A stretch of 64,000 bases of DNA, from contig NW_013657626.1 of NCBI RefSeq assembly GCF_000142905.1, positions 62,001 to 126,000 of the forward strand, written 5' to 3'. The position numbers and the translations under genes were made by a program. Each line of letters starts with the position of its first letter. Position 1 is the stretch's first letter. Below, one piece after another: positions 1 through 11,361 of the stretch. The DNA is from Thecamonas trahens ATCC 50062. Lineage: Eukaryota; Protista; Apusomonadida. The notes below the pieces were generated by a model that was not told the DNA's origin, ran no database searches, and saw nothing but the letters and a program-made list of their open reading frames with translations.

Positions 1-231
1 ACCAAGGTCGCGCCAGGCTCGCCCGCCGCCGCCGCGGGTCTGGCGCCGGGCGATCGGCTCACGCTTTGGAATGATGCCTTCCTCGCGACCAAGTCCGACC
101 TCGGCGAGCAGCTGCGGCTTGCGCGCCAGCTTGTTGCTGCATCACGCGCCGCTGTTACGGTCGAGCTCTCGGTCGTTTCGCCCGCCGCCGACGAGCCCAC
201 CACCCGCCAGCTCTCGATCCCTGTGGCGTAG
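1..231 (+). CDS. 3' end of a PDZ-domain-containing protein (5' part outside the window)
   Basis: Frame 1 reads TKVAPGSPAAAAGLAPGDRLTLWND...LSIPVA* with TAG at 229-231. V.PGSPA..AGL..GD.I/L is the classic PDZ signature. It is not in the ORF track. Confidence 0.7.
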   Translation, partial: TKVAPGSPAAAAGLAPGDRLTLWNDAFLATKSDLGEQLRLARQLVAASRAAVTVELSVVSPAADEPTTRQLSIPVA

Positions 232-366
232 GCAGCCGTGTGGATACATGATTGTGGCAATGAGTAGGGAGGAGAGGAAGGTATGTGATAGTGTACGCTG
301 TCTCTTGCGTGCACTTGGGCCAGCCACATCGAGGCGATCACAAAGAGATGGGTGCAGATGATGGGA

Positions 367-446
367 TTCACGTGGCGATCAAGTAAGAGGCAGAGCAGGA
401 CGGCGTGGGCATTGCGGCAGTCAGCCGGCCGCGTTTCACGTGGCGA
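367..446 (+). promoter_or_regulatory. Two identical TTCACGTGGCGA 12-mers (E-box/G-box core) upstream of the myosin ATG
   Basis: Exact copies at 367-378 and 435-446, lying 24-103 nt before the inferred ATG at 470. Confidence 0.35.
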
Positions 447-469
447 CATTTGACGCTTGCAACTCCATC

Positions 470-3400
470 ATGTTTAAGGTATGTATACGTAAGAGAGGTG
501 AGCATGTAGAGGAGAGTATGGGCAACATGACAGTGTACTTACCAATGAGAGAGTGTGTGATTATGGTCATGACTATGTGTAGCAAGGTGAGGGACTGTAC
601 GACATGTGCCTTCTTGGCAACGACAAAGTCTCTGAAGAGGGCTTCATGGAGAACCTTACCACACGGTTCAACACGCGGAATATCTATGTATGTGCTACCA
701 TACTCTACATGCATACATTCCCTCTCTTTACACTCCCCCTTCTCATCTCCCCCCCCTTTCCGCCATCCCTATACCCCCCCCCCCCCCCCTTCCTCCCCCC
801 CCCCCCCCTCCACGTCGTCGTGGTCTGACCGTCCGACTGTTTCCGGTGAAATTTCTCCGCCGCACCAAAGTTTTGTGGTGCAGCCATGGATTTTACCAGC
901 TCGTTGATGGCCACAACGACATGCATCGCATCGATGACACCAATGACACTGATCATGGAGATCACGACGATCACGTTGATCACGATGATCACGTCGATCA
1001 CATCGATCACGTCGATCACGTCGATCGCATCGATCACGTCGATCGCATCGATCACGTCAATCACACCAACGATGTCGATCACGTCGCGTCGATCACGTCA
1101 ATCACACCAACAACATCGATCACGTCAACCACACCCATCACTTCAACCACACCCATCACATCAACCACACCCATCACTTCAATCACACTCACCATTCTCT
1201 CACACCCGCACAGACGTACATCGGCGAACAAGTGGTTTCGGTCAACCCGTTCTGCTACCTCGACATGTACTCGGAGGCGACCATGGACGAGTACATCGGC
1301 CGCGCCATGTACGAGGTCTCGCCGCACATCTATGCGCTGGCGGACGACACGTACCGTGAGCTGATGTCGAGCAAGGAGAACCAGTGCGTGCTCATCACCG
1401 GCGAGTCAGGCGCCGGCAAGACCGAAGCGTCGAAGATCTTCATGCAGTACATTGCGTACATCTCGTCGTCGTCGTCGATGGCCGGCGACATCAAGGACAA
1501 GCTCCTCAAGTCGAACCCAATCTTGGAGGCGTTTGGCAACGCAACGACGCTGCGGAACAACAACTCGTCGCGATTCGGCAAGTACATGGAGATCCAGTTT
1601 GACTACGGCGGAGCGCCCGTCGGTGGGCGCATCTCGCAGTACCTGCTGGAAAAGTCGCGTGTGGTGACCCGTGGCGAGGGCGAGCGCTCGTTCCACGTCT
1701 TTTATCAGCTGCTCTCGCAGACTGGCCGGCTCGCTGCGCTCTCGCTCGACGCCGACCCGTCGGCGTACAACTACCTCGCGTGCTCAGGCTTGTACTCGGT
1801 CCCAGGCATTCGCGATGCCGCCGACTTTAAGGAAATGGAGAACGCCATGCGAGTGCTTGGGTGGGCCAAGGCCGACCTTGACAACTGCATGCGCATTCTT
1901 GCTGCCATCCTGCACCTTGGCAACCTCGACTTTGAGCCGGACGCACGCGCGTCAGCCGACCTCAACACCGACTGTGTGGCGGTGTCGAACCCGCAGCTCC
2001 TCGCCATTGTCGCCGACCTGCTGCAGGTCGACTACGGGGCGCTCGAGTCCGCACTCAAGTCGCGGTCTATCTCATCGGGTGCGTCAGCGCGGCAGTCGCA
2101 CATCATGGTCCCGCTTGACCTCGATCAGGCGTACTTTACCCGCGACGCGCTGTGCAAGGGCCTCTACGCTGCGCTCTTTGAGTGGGTCGTCGACCGCATC
2201 AACCTCAACATCCAGGCCTCGGCCTCCAACGCCTCCGAGGTCGTCATCGGCGTCCTCGACATCTACGGCTTTGAGATCATGGAACTCAACTCTTTTGAGC
2301 AGTTCTGCATCAACTACTGTAACGAGAAGCTTCAGCAGCTGTTCATCAACAAGGTGCTCAAGTCGGAGCAGGCCGAGTATGCTGCCGAGGGCATCGCCTG
2401 GACCGAGATCGACTACTTTGACAACGAGCCCATCATCAGTATGATCGAGGGCAAGGGTCGCGCCCAGCCGGGCATCATTCCGCTCCTCGACGAGGCCTGC
2501 CTTGTCGGCCGAAACACGCCCGTGACGGTGGTCGAGAAGTTTGCCGGCTCCCTCTCGGCCTCGGCTCACTTTGACGCCACCGTCGGCGAGCCCGAGGAGT
2601 TTGTTATCGACCACTACGCCGGCGCAGTCATGTACAACACCGGTTCGTTCCTGTTTAAGAACAAGGACACGTTCTTTGACGACCTCGTCATGGCGCTCAT
2701 GACCTCGGCCAACTCGATGGTTGTCGAGATGTTCACACCCAAGGCGAGTGCGGGTGGCGGCGGCGGACGCGGGCGCGGCGGACCAAGCTCGTCGGCGGGC
2801 GGCTCGCGGTTTGGGAGCGGGCGCGGCCGGCAGGGTGCCGGCGGCGGCAAGACCCGGCCCAAGACTGCCGGGTACAAGTTCAAGACCTCGGTCTGCGAGC
2901 TTATCGAGAAGCTCGACGCGTGCACACCGCACTACATCCGGTGCATCAAGTCGAACGACGAGAAGCGGGCCAACTACCTCGACGCCGAGCGTGTCCGGCA
3001 CCAGATTGTGTACCTCAACCTGGTGGAGACGGTTCGGGTCCGGCGTGCTGGATTCTGCAACCGCCAGCCGTACGAGCGCTTCCTCTGGCGGTACAAAATG
3101 ATCTCGCCCCAGACATGGCCGGTGTGGCGCGGCTCACCCCGCGACGGCGTCGTCGCCATTCTCGACCACATCGGCGTCGACCGGTCCGAGTACGAGCTCG
3201 GCCGCACCAAGCTGTTTATCAAGGACGCGCCGACGTTCATGCTCGTCGAGCAGCGGCGGATCGAAGAAATGCCCAAGGTGGCAGTCATGATCCAGAAGGT
3301 CTGGCGCGGGTACTCGGTCCGCAAGAACTTTGTGCAGCACCAGATGGCGTTCAAGATCCAGGACCTCTGGCGGCGCTACCGCTCAAAGCGGTACTTCCGG

Positions 3401-4231
3401 GCTGTTGCCGAGGTCTTTGCCGGCGTTGAGTCGGATCCGAACTGGGGGCGGTATATCCAGTGGCCGCGTGCCGAGACCACGTTCATTGCGTCGGGCGTGG
3501 CCAACCTCAAGAAGGTCCACCTCAACTGGTGGGCGTACAACATGGTCACCTCGCTGACCGAGGCGCAGCAGGGCGTGATGCGGCAAAAGGTCGAGGCGCA
3601 CACGCTGCTCTCGGGCCGCAAGCCGTGGAACTGCAACGCGCCGTTCAAGGGCGACTACCTCGATGACCCGGCGACAAACCCTGGCTTTGCAAAGTACAAG
3701 CACGCCATCGTGACTCTCTTCCAGGCCGGCGGTGACTCGATGATTCGCTTCGCTGCCAACGTCGAGAAGGTCAACCCCAAGGGCAAGCCACAGCTCCGCA
3801 CCTTCGTCGTCACCGATGAGAACATGTACAAGTACGACCCGAAGAAGTTTGTCGTCAAGAAGGAGGCGATCCCGCTTGCAGAGGTGACCAAGGTCTCGGT
3901 CTCGCCCCAGGGCGATGGGCTCGTCGTCATTCACATGAAGAAGCCCATCCGCGATGTTGTCCTCAACGCCGCCGCCCCTGGCGCGCCCAACCTTCTGCCG
4001 GAGCTTGTCTCAGCCATCTCCTCGCAGTACCTCAACCTCACTGGCCGCCGCCTCGAGTGCGCCGTCAACGACCGCATCGAGTTCAACAACTCGGTCGTGG
4101 CCGACCCCAACAATCCGACCGTGACCAAGGCTCCAGGCACCGCCGCCGTTGTCTCGTTTGTCAAGTCGGGCGCCGTGCCCGGTAGCGTGTGGAAGAAGGG
4201 CAAGGGTGTCCACATCGTCGAGTGGGCGTAG
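470..4231 (+). CDS. Class I myosin heavy chain (motor, IQ motifs, TH1 tail, no SH3); exons 470-478, 583-687, 1214-4231
   Basis: Motifs GESGAGKT, NPILEAFGNA, NNNSSRFGKY, DIYGFE and PHYIRCIK; IQKVWRGY; TH1-like tail. Splicing two phase-0 introns (GTATGT..TAG 479-582, GTATGT..CAG 688-1213) gives MFKQGEGLYDMCLL..SEEGFMENLTTRF..IY|TYIGEQVVSVNPF, the typical myosin-I N-terminus. Confidence 0.95.
925..1190 (+). repeat. Intronic minisatellite: degenerate 9-bp GATCACGTC units, then 18-bp ATCACWTCAACCACACCC units
   Basis: Directly visible; lies inside myosin intron 2 (688-1213). Confidence 0.85.
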
Positions 4232-4638
4232 TCGCCCAACAATGAGATGCTCTTAATTGTCGTTGCAGACCAGATAAAGAGGCTCTCGCGCAAGATGTTG
4301 TGGAAGAGATGCCTTATGCTGCATTGTTGTACATCGTGTGAGCATGGCTATGACCATGTCTTCCCACTTTCTTGATGATCTTAACTTTTTCAGTTCCCAC
4401 AAATTTGTAATGCTCCTTCTCAGCCATCCATTCTATCTCCTCTACTTGCCTTCTCCCTTCATCCCCTCGCGACATACCCATTGGTCTAAGATCCTCACGA
4501 TCTGCCCTCTCTGTCTTCTTGATCAGCCCAGCTAGTTTCCTCCTCAACAACAACACCCTCACGGAATCGTTGCCAATCGCTGCTGACACGAATGACAGCA
4601 ATGCATGCATCAGACAGTCAGGCTGCAGCGGGCTGGCG

Positions 4639-6665
4639 CTACGAGGCGTGCTCGGTGCGGAGCCACGAGTGTGCAGAGATCTGCTTCCAGCGGTACATCG
4701 AGTCCATCATTTCGCGGATTTCTGCGTGGGAGCGGCGCGGGAGCGGGTACCACGGACCGACGGTGGCGTACGACTTTTTGCCGAGAAGGCCGCGGCGCTT
4801 CTCGACGACCTCCTCGAGAGCGTGCTCGGATGGGCGACGCGGGGCGTAAGCGAAAAAGTAGTGCGAGGGCGCGGAGGAGTGGCGATGTGTGATGGCATGC
4901 TTGGGAATGGACGCCGGATCGGACCGCATGTCGACATGGGCAGCGTGGAGGCGGACGCGTTTGCTGCGGTCCGAGCCGGACCAGAGCTCGTTGACCTTGG
5001 AGTACTTGATCGACTCGACAGCGAGACCGTAGCGGGCGAGGGCATCGACAAGCCTGCGCAGGGTGGTGCCGATGGATCGGCGGCCGAGGTAGCTCTTCTT
5101 GCCCGGGGTGAACACTGGGTCGAGGAGGGTGACGCGCGTGGGAAGCGGGAGCCAGTTCGGAAGGGCACCCGCGGCGGCCTGGTGATGGAGCTCGTGTGCG
5201 GCGGCGACGACGACCTGGGCGCCGAGCGAATGCCCAACGAGGCGGATGTCTGACGGTGTTGGCGGGGTTGCATCGTCTGCGGCAGCGTAGAGGGCGATGT
5301 AGGCCTGGCAGAGAAGGTGTGCAACCGAAGGTGTGGACGGTGGCGACGAGGCATGGACGGTCTTGCGCATCGGGACCGGGCCGTCCATCTCGACAACGAG
5401 ACGGCGCCAGCGCATGCCGACCTTCGATGAGGCGGTCCATATCTTGGCCTCGGCGTGGCGAAGCGCCGGCTCATCGGCGTACTGGTTCCAGTAGAAGATG
5501 CCGACGTTCCAACCGTCGTCAAGCCAGGCGGCAGCGACGTCGACGTCGAGCCCATGTGCCGGCGCGTTGGCCTTCCAGTGAAAGGTCTCGCGGAAGCCAC
5601 GGATAGTGGTCGTCTTTTGCCAGCCGTGGACGTAGATGACGGTCCGGGCGCCCGGGTCGAAGAATGGGTTGGCCTCGCCGGGCACGTGGCGGATGCACTC
5701 GCCGGCGCGCGAGTACCAGTACAGGCCGACGTCGAGGTAAAAGGGAAGGACCAGACTGGGTTGGGCGTCTCGAGTGGACAGTCCATGCGGGCCATTTCGA
5801 GCGCTTGCTGCTTCTGCGACGACTTTGACGTCCGTGACGACGGCTGCGAGGTCGATCGCGAGCTCCACGACGCCGTCGAACGTGAGCTTGACGCCGCCTG
5901 CCGCTGTCGACTCAGGTCGACCGGGTCGCACGAGAACTGCGGTCGGCGGACTGCAGAGGCCGACGGCGGTGCCTGCGACGAGCCCTTGTCGCCGCCCTCG
6001 CCCTTGCTGTTGCGCTGAGGACGACGATCGAACGATCGCTGTGGCGTCGAGTCGGCTCTTGCACTGTTGCGACGTCTGGAGCGATGCTTGCGGGCGGGGC
6101 GCTCTGGCAGCTGCAAAGACGGAGAGCTGGCCTCGGCGCGAGGCCGAGTCAGGGCAGAAGGACCCGCGCCATCAGCGACGTCGAGCAGCCCAACAAGGAC
6201 CTCAGTCTTGCCTGCGAGCGGCAACGGGCCGTCTGCCTGCCTCCTCCGTCGTCGTCTCCGTGACCGTTGCTTCTGCAGAGGCACGCGAACATGAGGCTTG
6301 CCATCAGCCAGACCACCAGCACGACGTTCACTGTTGCGGGTGGGGTCTTCGTCGCCGTCGCCGTCACGGTTGACGTTGAGCTCGAGATCATGGTTGAGGT
6401 CGTGATCATGGTCGCGGTGGTGATCATGGTCGCGGTGGTGATCATGGTCGAGGTCGTGATCATGGTCGAGGTCGTGATCATGGTCGCAGACATGATCATG
6501 GTCGAGGTCGTGGTCATGGTCGAGGTCGTGATCATGGTCGCAGACATGATCATGGTCGCGGTCGTCGTCGTCCGAGGAGAAGGAGAATGAGGAGGTGGTG
6601 GTGTAGGGCGAGGGGTACGGTCCTCCCCCCACAGCGCAGTCACTGTCGCTGCTCAACATGCTCAT
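4639..6665 (-). CDS. Lipase-like alpha/beta hydrolase with a low-complexity Asp/His-rich N-terminus; frame change near 5900-6000
   Basis: ORF 4639-5931 has TVIYVHGW (oxyanion region), IRLVGHSLGAQVV (GxSxG) and RVTLLDP. The likely start is ATG 6665 (MSMLSSDSD...DHDHDL repeats), in a different frame that one added base or a 3n+2 intron would join. Confidence 0.65.
6385..6572 (-). repeat. Degenerate 18-bp coding repeat giving DHDHDL/DHDHHR/DHDHVC
   Basis: The + strand shows repeated GATCATGGTCGAGGTCGT-like units. Confidence 0.8.
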
Positions 6666-6993
6666 GGTTGCCCCCCCCCCCCCCCCTCTGTCTCGAGGTG
6701 GGGTGACCAGGGCCGTGACCGTGTGGGCGTACGGTGGGGCTTGGGGGTGGCAGGGTGGCATGGCTGTGATCGATCGTGATCGATCGTGATCGATCAACGG
6801 GGGGAGCGCGGGGCAGGGGCAGGGGGAAGGAGATGGGCAAGGTGATTGATCTGGGCTAATCCCCCGGGCAAACAGGGCAGGGCATAGTGGTGGGATGACA
6901 TCCATTACTGGCTGACTAGGTAGCCCATGGTCAGATGGTGGCTTGATGACGTTGGGCACAGGGTGCGGACGGGCATTGGCGACGCGAGGAGCA

Positions 6994-8373
6994 TTACAAG
7001 ACAACAGAGCCCATGATGGCATCGACAAAGCCGGATGGGTTGTCCATGTACAGATGGTGTCCGGCAGTGGGAACGATGATGGTGTTGTCGCGGAGGGGCG
7101 ACGGAGCAGTGTCGAGATCGGCCTTTGTCCCGCGGTTGAGCATCCAGTCGTGGTCGCCAAAGAGGACGGAGGTGGGCGGAAGGCTGCCAGAGGCAAGCGC
7201 GTCCTCCAGCCGTGGAATGAGTGGGGCGTGAGGGAGGAGGCCCCGATGATCCGCGCCGGCTGTGTCGCCGAGATGGAGACGGAAGAAAACGCCCAGGGCA
7301 TACTCGCCCGATCCGTCGCCTGCCGAGACGTGGTAGAGGTACTCGGCGATGAGCCTGCGGGCGTCCGGCGGGACGTGAGCGAACCGGCGCTCGACGGCTG
7401 CAGCCACAAGCCGATGGCCATACGGCCCCAACAACCGGATGACGGTTTGCGGCGTGACGTTGGCATCAAACATCTGCGCGATGACGTGCGCCGCAGCCGG
7501 GAGCTGGCGGGCGCCGTGGTTAGCACCATCCGCGCCCGCTGCAGGCGCATCAGTGGCAGCGCGACGGGTAAAGCCCGCCGGCGAGGCGAGGACAAGTGAT
7601 GAAAGCTTGTCTGGATGGGTCATGGCGTAGGCGGCGGCGAGGTAGCCGCCAAGCGAGTGGCCAACAAGCGCCATGCGGTTGATGCCGTGCGCCTCGCGCC
7701 AGGCCTCAAGGCCGGCAACAAAGAGGTGCTCGCAGGCATCCACAGCGGCAGCAAGGCGGGCGTGATCGCCAGTTCGGACGCCGGCGTCGGCTTCGGACTT
7801 GAGCCGCTTGAGATGACGGCGAAGAGCTGCTGGCCGGGTCGAACCACCCATGCCCGGCCAGTCGAGCGCATAGACGGTTTTGCGCGGGCCAACAGCCTCG
7901 GCCAGGGCGTCATAGACAGGAAAGAAGAAGCCCAGCCCGGCGCCATAGCCATGGACAACAACCAGGGCGGTCTCGTCCGACTCGCCATCGATGTCGACCT
8001 CGTCGCCGGGCAAGATCAGGGTGTTGATGCCGGCGGTAACGGCATCCACAGCAGGTGGCGACTCGCCAGGGCGACCAGCCGCAGCAGGGATGGAGGCGGC
8101 GCGGTGGGCAGAGGTGCCGGCGGAAGACTTTGGCTCAAAGATGGCAAAGCGAGAGGCCCAGAGGCGTGAGATGGCGGCGAGCGAACATGACGGAGTCGGG
8201 ACGGGCAGGACGAGGTCGACGAGACCGAGGCGGCGACGGGAATGGCGAACGTATTTGGCAAGCACTGCTTCTTCGGCTGCCGCTAGCTGCGCACGGGACG
8301 TCCGTCGCCATCCTTGCCGAAGCTGGTGCATGACCGAGCTGTAGGCGAGTCTGCCCAGCCAAAACACCGCCAT
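6994..8373 (-). CDS. ABHD4/ABHD5 (CGI-58)/Cld1-like alpha/beta hydrolase-acyltransferase
   Basis: VVVHGYGAGLGFF, YALDWPGMGGSTRP, LEAWR...LVGHSLGGYLAAAYA, SGEYA, and the C-terminal GHHLYMDNP (HX4D). First ATG at 8373. Confidence 0.9.
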   Translation of the reverse strand: MAVFWLGRLAYSSVMHQLRQGWRRTSRAQLAAAEEAVLAKYVRHSRRRLGLVDLVLPVPTPSCSLAAISRLWASRFAIFEPKSSAGTSAHRAASIPAAAGRPGESPPAVDAVTAGINTLILPGDEVDIDGESDETALVVVHGYGAGLGFFFPVYDALAEAVGPRKTVYALDWPGMGGSTRPAALRRHLKRLKSEADAGVRTGDHARLAAAVDACEHLFVAGLEAWREAHGINRMALVGHSLGGYLAAAYAMTHPDKLSSLVLASPAGFTRRAATDAPAAGADGANHGARQLPAAAHVIAQMFDANVTPQTVIRLLGPYGHRLVAAAVERRFAHVPPDARRLIAEYLYHVSAGDGSGEYALGVFFRLHLGDTAGADHRGLLPHAPLIPRLEDALASGSLPPTSVLFGDHDWMLNRGTKADLDTAPSPLRDNTIIVPTAGHHLYMDNPSGFVDAIMGSVVL

Positions 8374-8553
8374 CGATGCAGGTGGGCGGGCGAGCGGGTC
8401 AAGGCGACGCGACGCGTTCCGGCGGATTGACCATGTCACGCCACCCGCACCCGGAGTCCGCCCGGTAGCAGCAGCCCAGATCTCCGCCTACCCGCCCCAG
8501 CCTCATCTACATCTCTGGCCATCGCTGGACAACATTTCTTTTACCGCACCGTC

Positions 8554-11361
8554 TCACGTCGACGACGAGTACGACTCATCCTCGCCGCCATCTGTGGACG
8601 AATCGTCGCTATTGTTGCCGTCGTCGTCCTCGCCCGAGTAAACGTACGATCCCGAGCCGTTAGAGCTCGAGGCGGACGAGCCGAATCGGGCAAGCTCGAC
8701 ATCCTTGGCGCGCTCGGCGCGGACGGCGTCGCCGCCCTCGGCCCAGAACAGCTCGACGACGTGGAGGAAGACCTCCTCGAGCGACGAGTGCGAGAGCGAC
8801 CACTCGATGATGCCGTTGTCAGCGGCGCCGCGCTCGAGCTTGGCGTAGAGCTTGTGGACGGGGACGGAGCGCGAGATCTCGTAGTTGCGGACGGCAGCGA
8901 GCGAGTTGAGGAGCTTGGTCGTCTTACCGCCGGCGCGCTTGATGAAGGCGTGCGCCTCGTCGTGGGCGTCCTTCTCCACTGTCACGCCGAGCTTGTAGCC
9001 CGACGAGTAGCGGGTCTTGAGCTCAGCGACCGAGCCAGTGGTCTTGAACTGACCATCGATGAAAATGCCGACGTCATCACAGAGTGCCTCGGCTTCCTCG
9101 AGCGAGTGGGTGGTGAGCAGGAGTGCGGCATTGGCCTTGTACTGCTGGATGACATTCCAGACTTTGCGCTTCGACTCGGGATCGAGGCCGGTGGTCGGCT
9201 CATCGAGGACGACCACCCGCGGCGAGCCGACGAGTGCGCAGGCGACCGAGAGCCGCCGCTTCATCCCGCCCGAGTACTCGCCGGCCTTCTTGGCACGAGT
9301 CACGTCGTCGCCAAGATCGACAGCATCGAGGACGTCGTCGACAGCCTCGGTCAGCTCAGAGCCGGAGAGGCCCTTGACGCGGCCGTAGAAGCGGACGTGC
9401 TCGGGTCCGGTGAGTGAGAGCCAGAGCAGATCGTGCTGCGGGCAGACGCCGAGGTTGAGATGCGCCGCGCGCGTCTGCTGCCGCACATCGTAGCCAGCAA
9501 TGTGAGCAGTGCCCGAGGTGGCCTCGATGAGGCCCGAGAGCGCCGAGATGCACGAGGTCTTGCCGGCACCGTTGGCGCCGAGCATACCAAACACGGTCCC
9601 ACGCTCGATGGCAAAGGTCACCGACTTGCAGGCCTCCTTCTGTGGCGCACCGCCGCGAGCTGGATACGTGACCGACACGTCGGCGACGCGCAGATCGTAC
9701 TGGCTCTCGGCCGTGCGGATGGTCTCGCGCATGGCGGCGACGTCTTCCGGCTCACCGTCCACCGACGCAGCAATGGGCGTCGAGTCGTAGGTCGAGTCGG
9801 CGTCGTCGGTGCGGTTGCGATCGCAGAGCCAGGCCCACGACCGCTTCTCGAGGAAGAACAGCGGCGAGCGCGAGATGCCGGTCTCCGACTTGACCACCAG
9901 GTCGAGGTAGGCCGAGGCTGCGAGGAGGACGATCCACTCAAAGAAGAGGAAGAGGTAGACCTCGCCGAGGCGGACGCGCGGATGGTTGACGTTCGACCAC
10001 TCGAGGCCCGGCTCACCAAAGGCGACGCCGTTGGAGAGGACGACGATGCCGCGGTAAAAGGCAAAGGTGGGGACGAGCGAGAAGAGCGAGATGATGGCCT
10101 GCGGCGTCTCGGACTGCTGGATGTAGGTGTAGAAGATCTCCGAGGTGATGAGGCCCGTGGCAAAGATCCACAGGTAGCCGACAACGGTGGCCGTCGACGT
10201 CCGTGAGAAGAAGACGCGGAAGAAGAAGACGAGCGCCACGAGGGTGTGGCCAAAGAGGAAGAGGAGGAAGAAGACGAGGCCAAACGAGTTCTTGGTGAAG
10301 AACTTGAAGCCGGCGAGGGCGGCCATGATCCAGAAGAAGCCGACCGAGACGGAGTAGAGCATAAAGTTGAACATGTACGTCACGATCCAGTACGCCGGCA
10401 TGCGGAGGCCGGACATGCGCATGATCTCCAGCAGCCGGTGCTCCTTCTCAAACACCATCGACGTCAGCATGATCGGCATCGTCAGCTGGAAGATGTACAG
10501 GAAGAGGAACGGTGCAAGGAGCGAGGCAATGTCGAGGCTAGGGTTCTCCACCGTCCGCGGAAAGTCGCGGAGGCCGGCGAGCTCCATCGTCACCTGCTCG
10601 CCCGAGAACATCTTGAGCGCCGCCGCCGCAAGAAGCGACGAGAGCCGCGGGACGTCCTGGCCCTTGGACAGCGTCTTGTTGTAGTGCGCTGCAAAGTCGA
10701 GGACGAGCTTGGTGCCCGCAGAGATCTGCACATCCTTGATGTAGTACCCGCCGAGCGCCTCTGCGCCCACAACCTGGTATGCGTTGTAGAGCTTGGCCTG
10801 GATCGGCGCCGTCGTGTTGTACACATCGACCGAGACCGGGTACGCGTAGTACGTGGCGTTGAGGCAGTAGTCGGCGGCATCAAACTCCGGGAACGACTGC
10901 CCGAGGTGGACGTTGAGCGGATCCGTGGCAAAGCTGCCCAGCAAGCCCGAGCCGCCCGAGCCGTCGGCCTTAGCCAGCGATCCGAGCGTCGGGTGGAGGC
11001 TCGGTGCAGCAGCGGCCCACAGTTGGCCATCAAAGACGCCCTTGGGCTGACTTGCCGGACATGATCCGTCGGTCGCGTTGCACAGAGTCGGCAGCGGGCC
11101 ATCGGGCATGCCAGCACAGGTCAGATCGGTGCCGGGAATCGATCGCAAAAAGTACGGTGGGTACGAGATGGGATTCCGCAGCTGGGCATCGCTGAGGACC
11201 GGCTCTTCGGAAATGAGGTCATCGACGACGGCCTGGAGGAGGATGATGAGGACGACGACCACAACTCCCGTCATGGCCTGGCAGCAGTTGGAGCCACGCT
11301 GGCGCTTCTGAAAGGCGAGCGACTTGCGAAAGAGCGCATTGGTGTGCGCAAGCGTCGACAT
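8554..11361 (-). CDS. Half-size ABCA transporter (TMD-NBD), type with Walker A context FGMLGxNGAGKTS
   Basis: First TM followed by a large exocytoplasmic loop and further TMs; EKE.RL..IMRMSGL, GVCPQHDLLW, YSGGMKRRLSVA, LDEPTTGLDP, LTTHSLEEAEALCD, SLEEVFL. Confidence 0.95.
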   Translation of the reverse strand: MSTLAHTNALFRKSLAFQKRQRGSNCCQAMTGVVVVVLIILLQAVVDDLISEEPVLSDAQLRNPISYPPYFLRSIPGTDLTCAGMPDGPLPTLCNATDGSCPASQPKGVFDGQLWAAAAPSLHPTLGSLAKADGSGGSGLLGSFATDPLNVHLGQSFPEFDAADYCLNATYYAYPVSVDVYNTTAPIQAKLYNAYQVVGAEALGGYYIKDVQISAGTKLVLDFAAHYNKTLSKGQDVPRLSSLLAAAALKMFSGEQVTMELAGLRDFPRTVENPSLDIASLLAPFLFLYIFQLTMPIMLTSMVFEKEHRLLEIMRMSGLRMPAYWIVTYMFNFMLYSVSVGFFWIMAALAGFKFFTKNSFGLVFFLLFLFGHTLVALVFFFRVFFSRTSTATVVGYLWIFATGLITSEIFYTYIQQSETPQAIISLFSLVPTFAFYRGIVVLSNGVAFGEPGLEWSNVNHPRVRLGEVYLFLFFEWIVLLAASAYLDLVVKSETGISRSPLFFLEKRSWAWLCDRNRTDDADSTYDSTPIAASVDGEPEDVAAMRETIRTAESQYDLRVADVSVTYPARGGAPQKEACKSVTFAIERGTVFGMLGANGAGKTSCISALSGLIEATSGTAHIAGYDVRQQTRAAHLNLGVCPQHDLLWLSLTGPEHVRFYGRVKGLSGSELTEAVDDVLDAVDLGDDVTRAKKAGEYSGGMKRRLSVACALVGSPRVVVLDEPTTGLDPESKRKVWNVIQQYKANAALLLTTHSLEEAEALCDDVGIFIDGQFKTTGSVAELKTRYSSGYKLGVTVEKDAHDEAHAFIKRAGGKTTKLLNSLAAVRNYEISRSVPVHKLYAKLERGAADNGIIEWSLSHSSLEEVFLHVVELFWAEGGDAVRAERAKDVELARFGSSASSSNGSGSYVYSGEDDDGNNSDDSSTDGGEDESYSSST

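Noticed and set aside
690-1364. DH-repeat and ITS-repeat ORFs
   Set aside because: They are translations of the minisatellite inside myosin intron 2.
4707-7595. 962-aa ORF as a single gene
   Set aside because: It overlaps two real hydrolase genes out of frame. Only ~5950-6665 looks genuinely coding.
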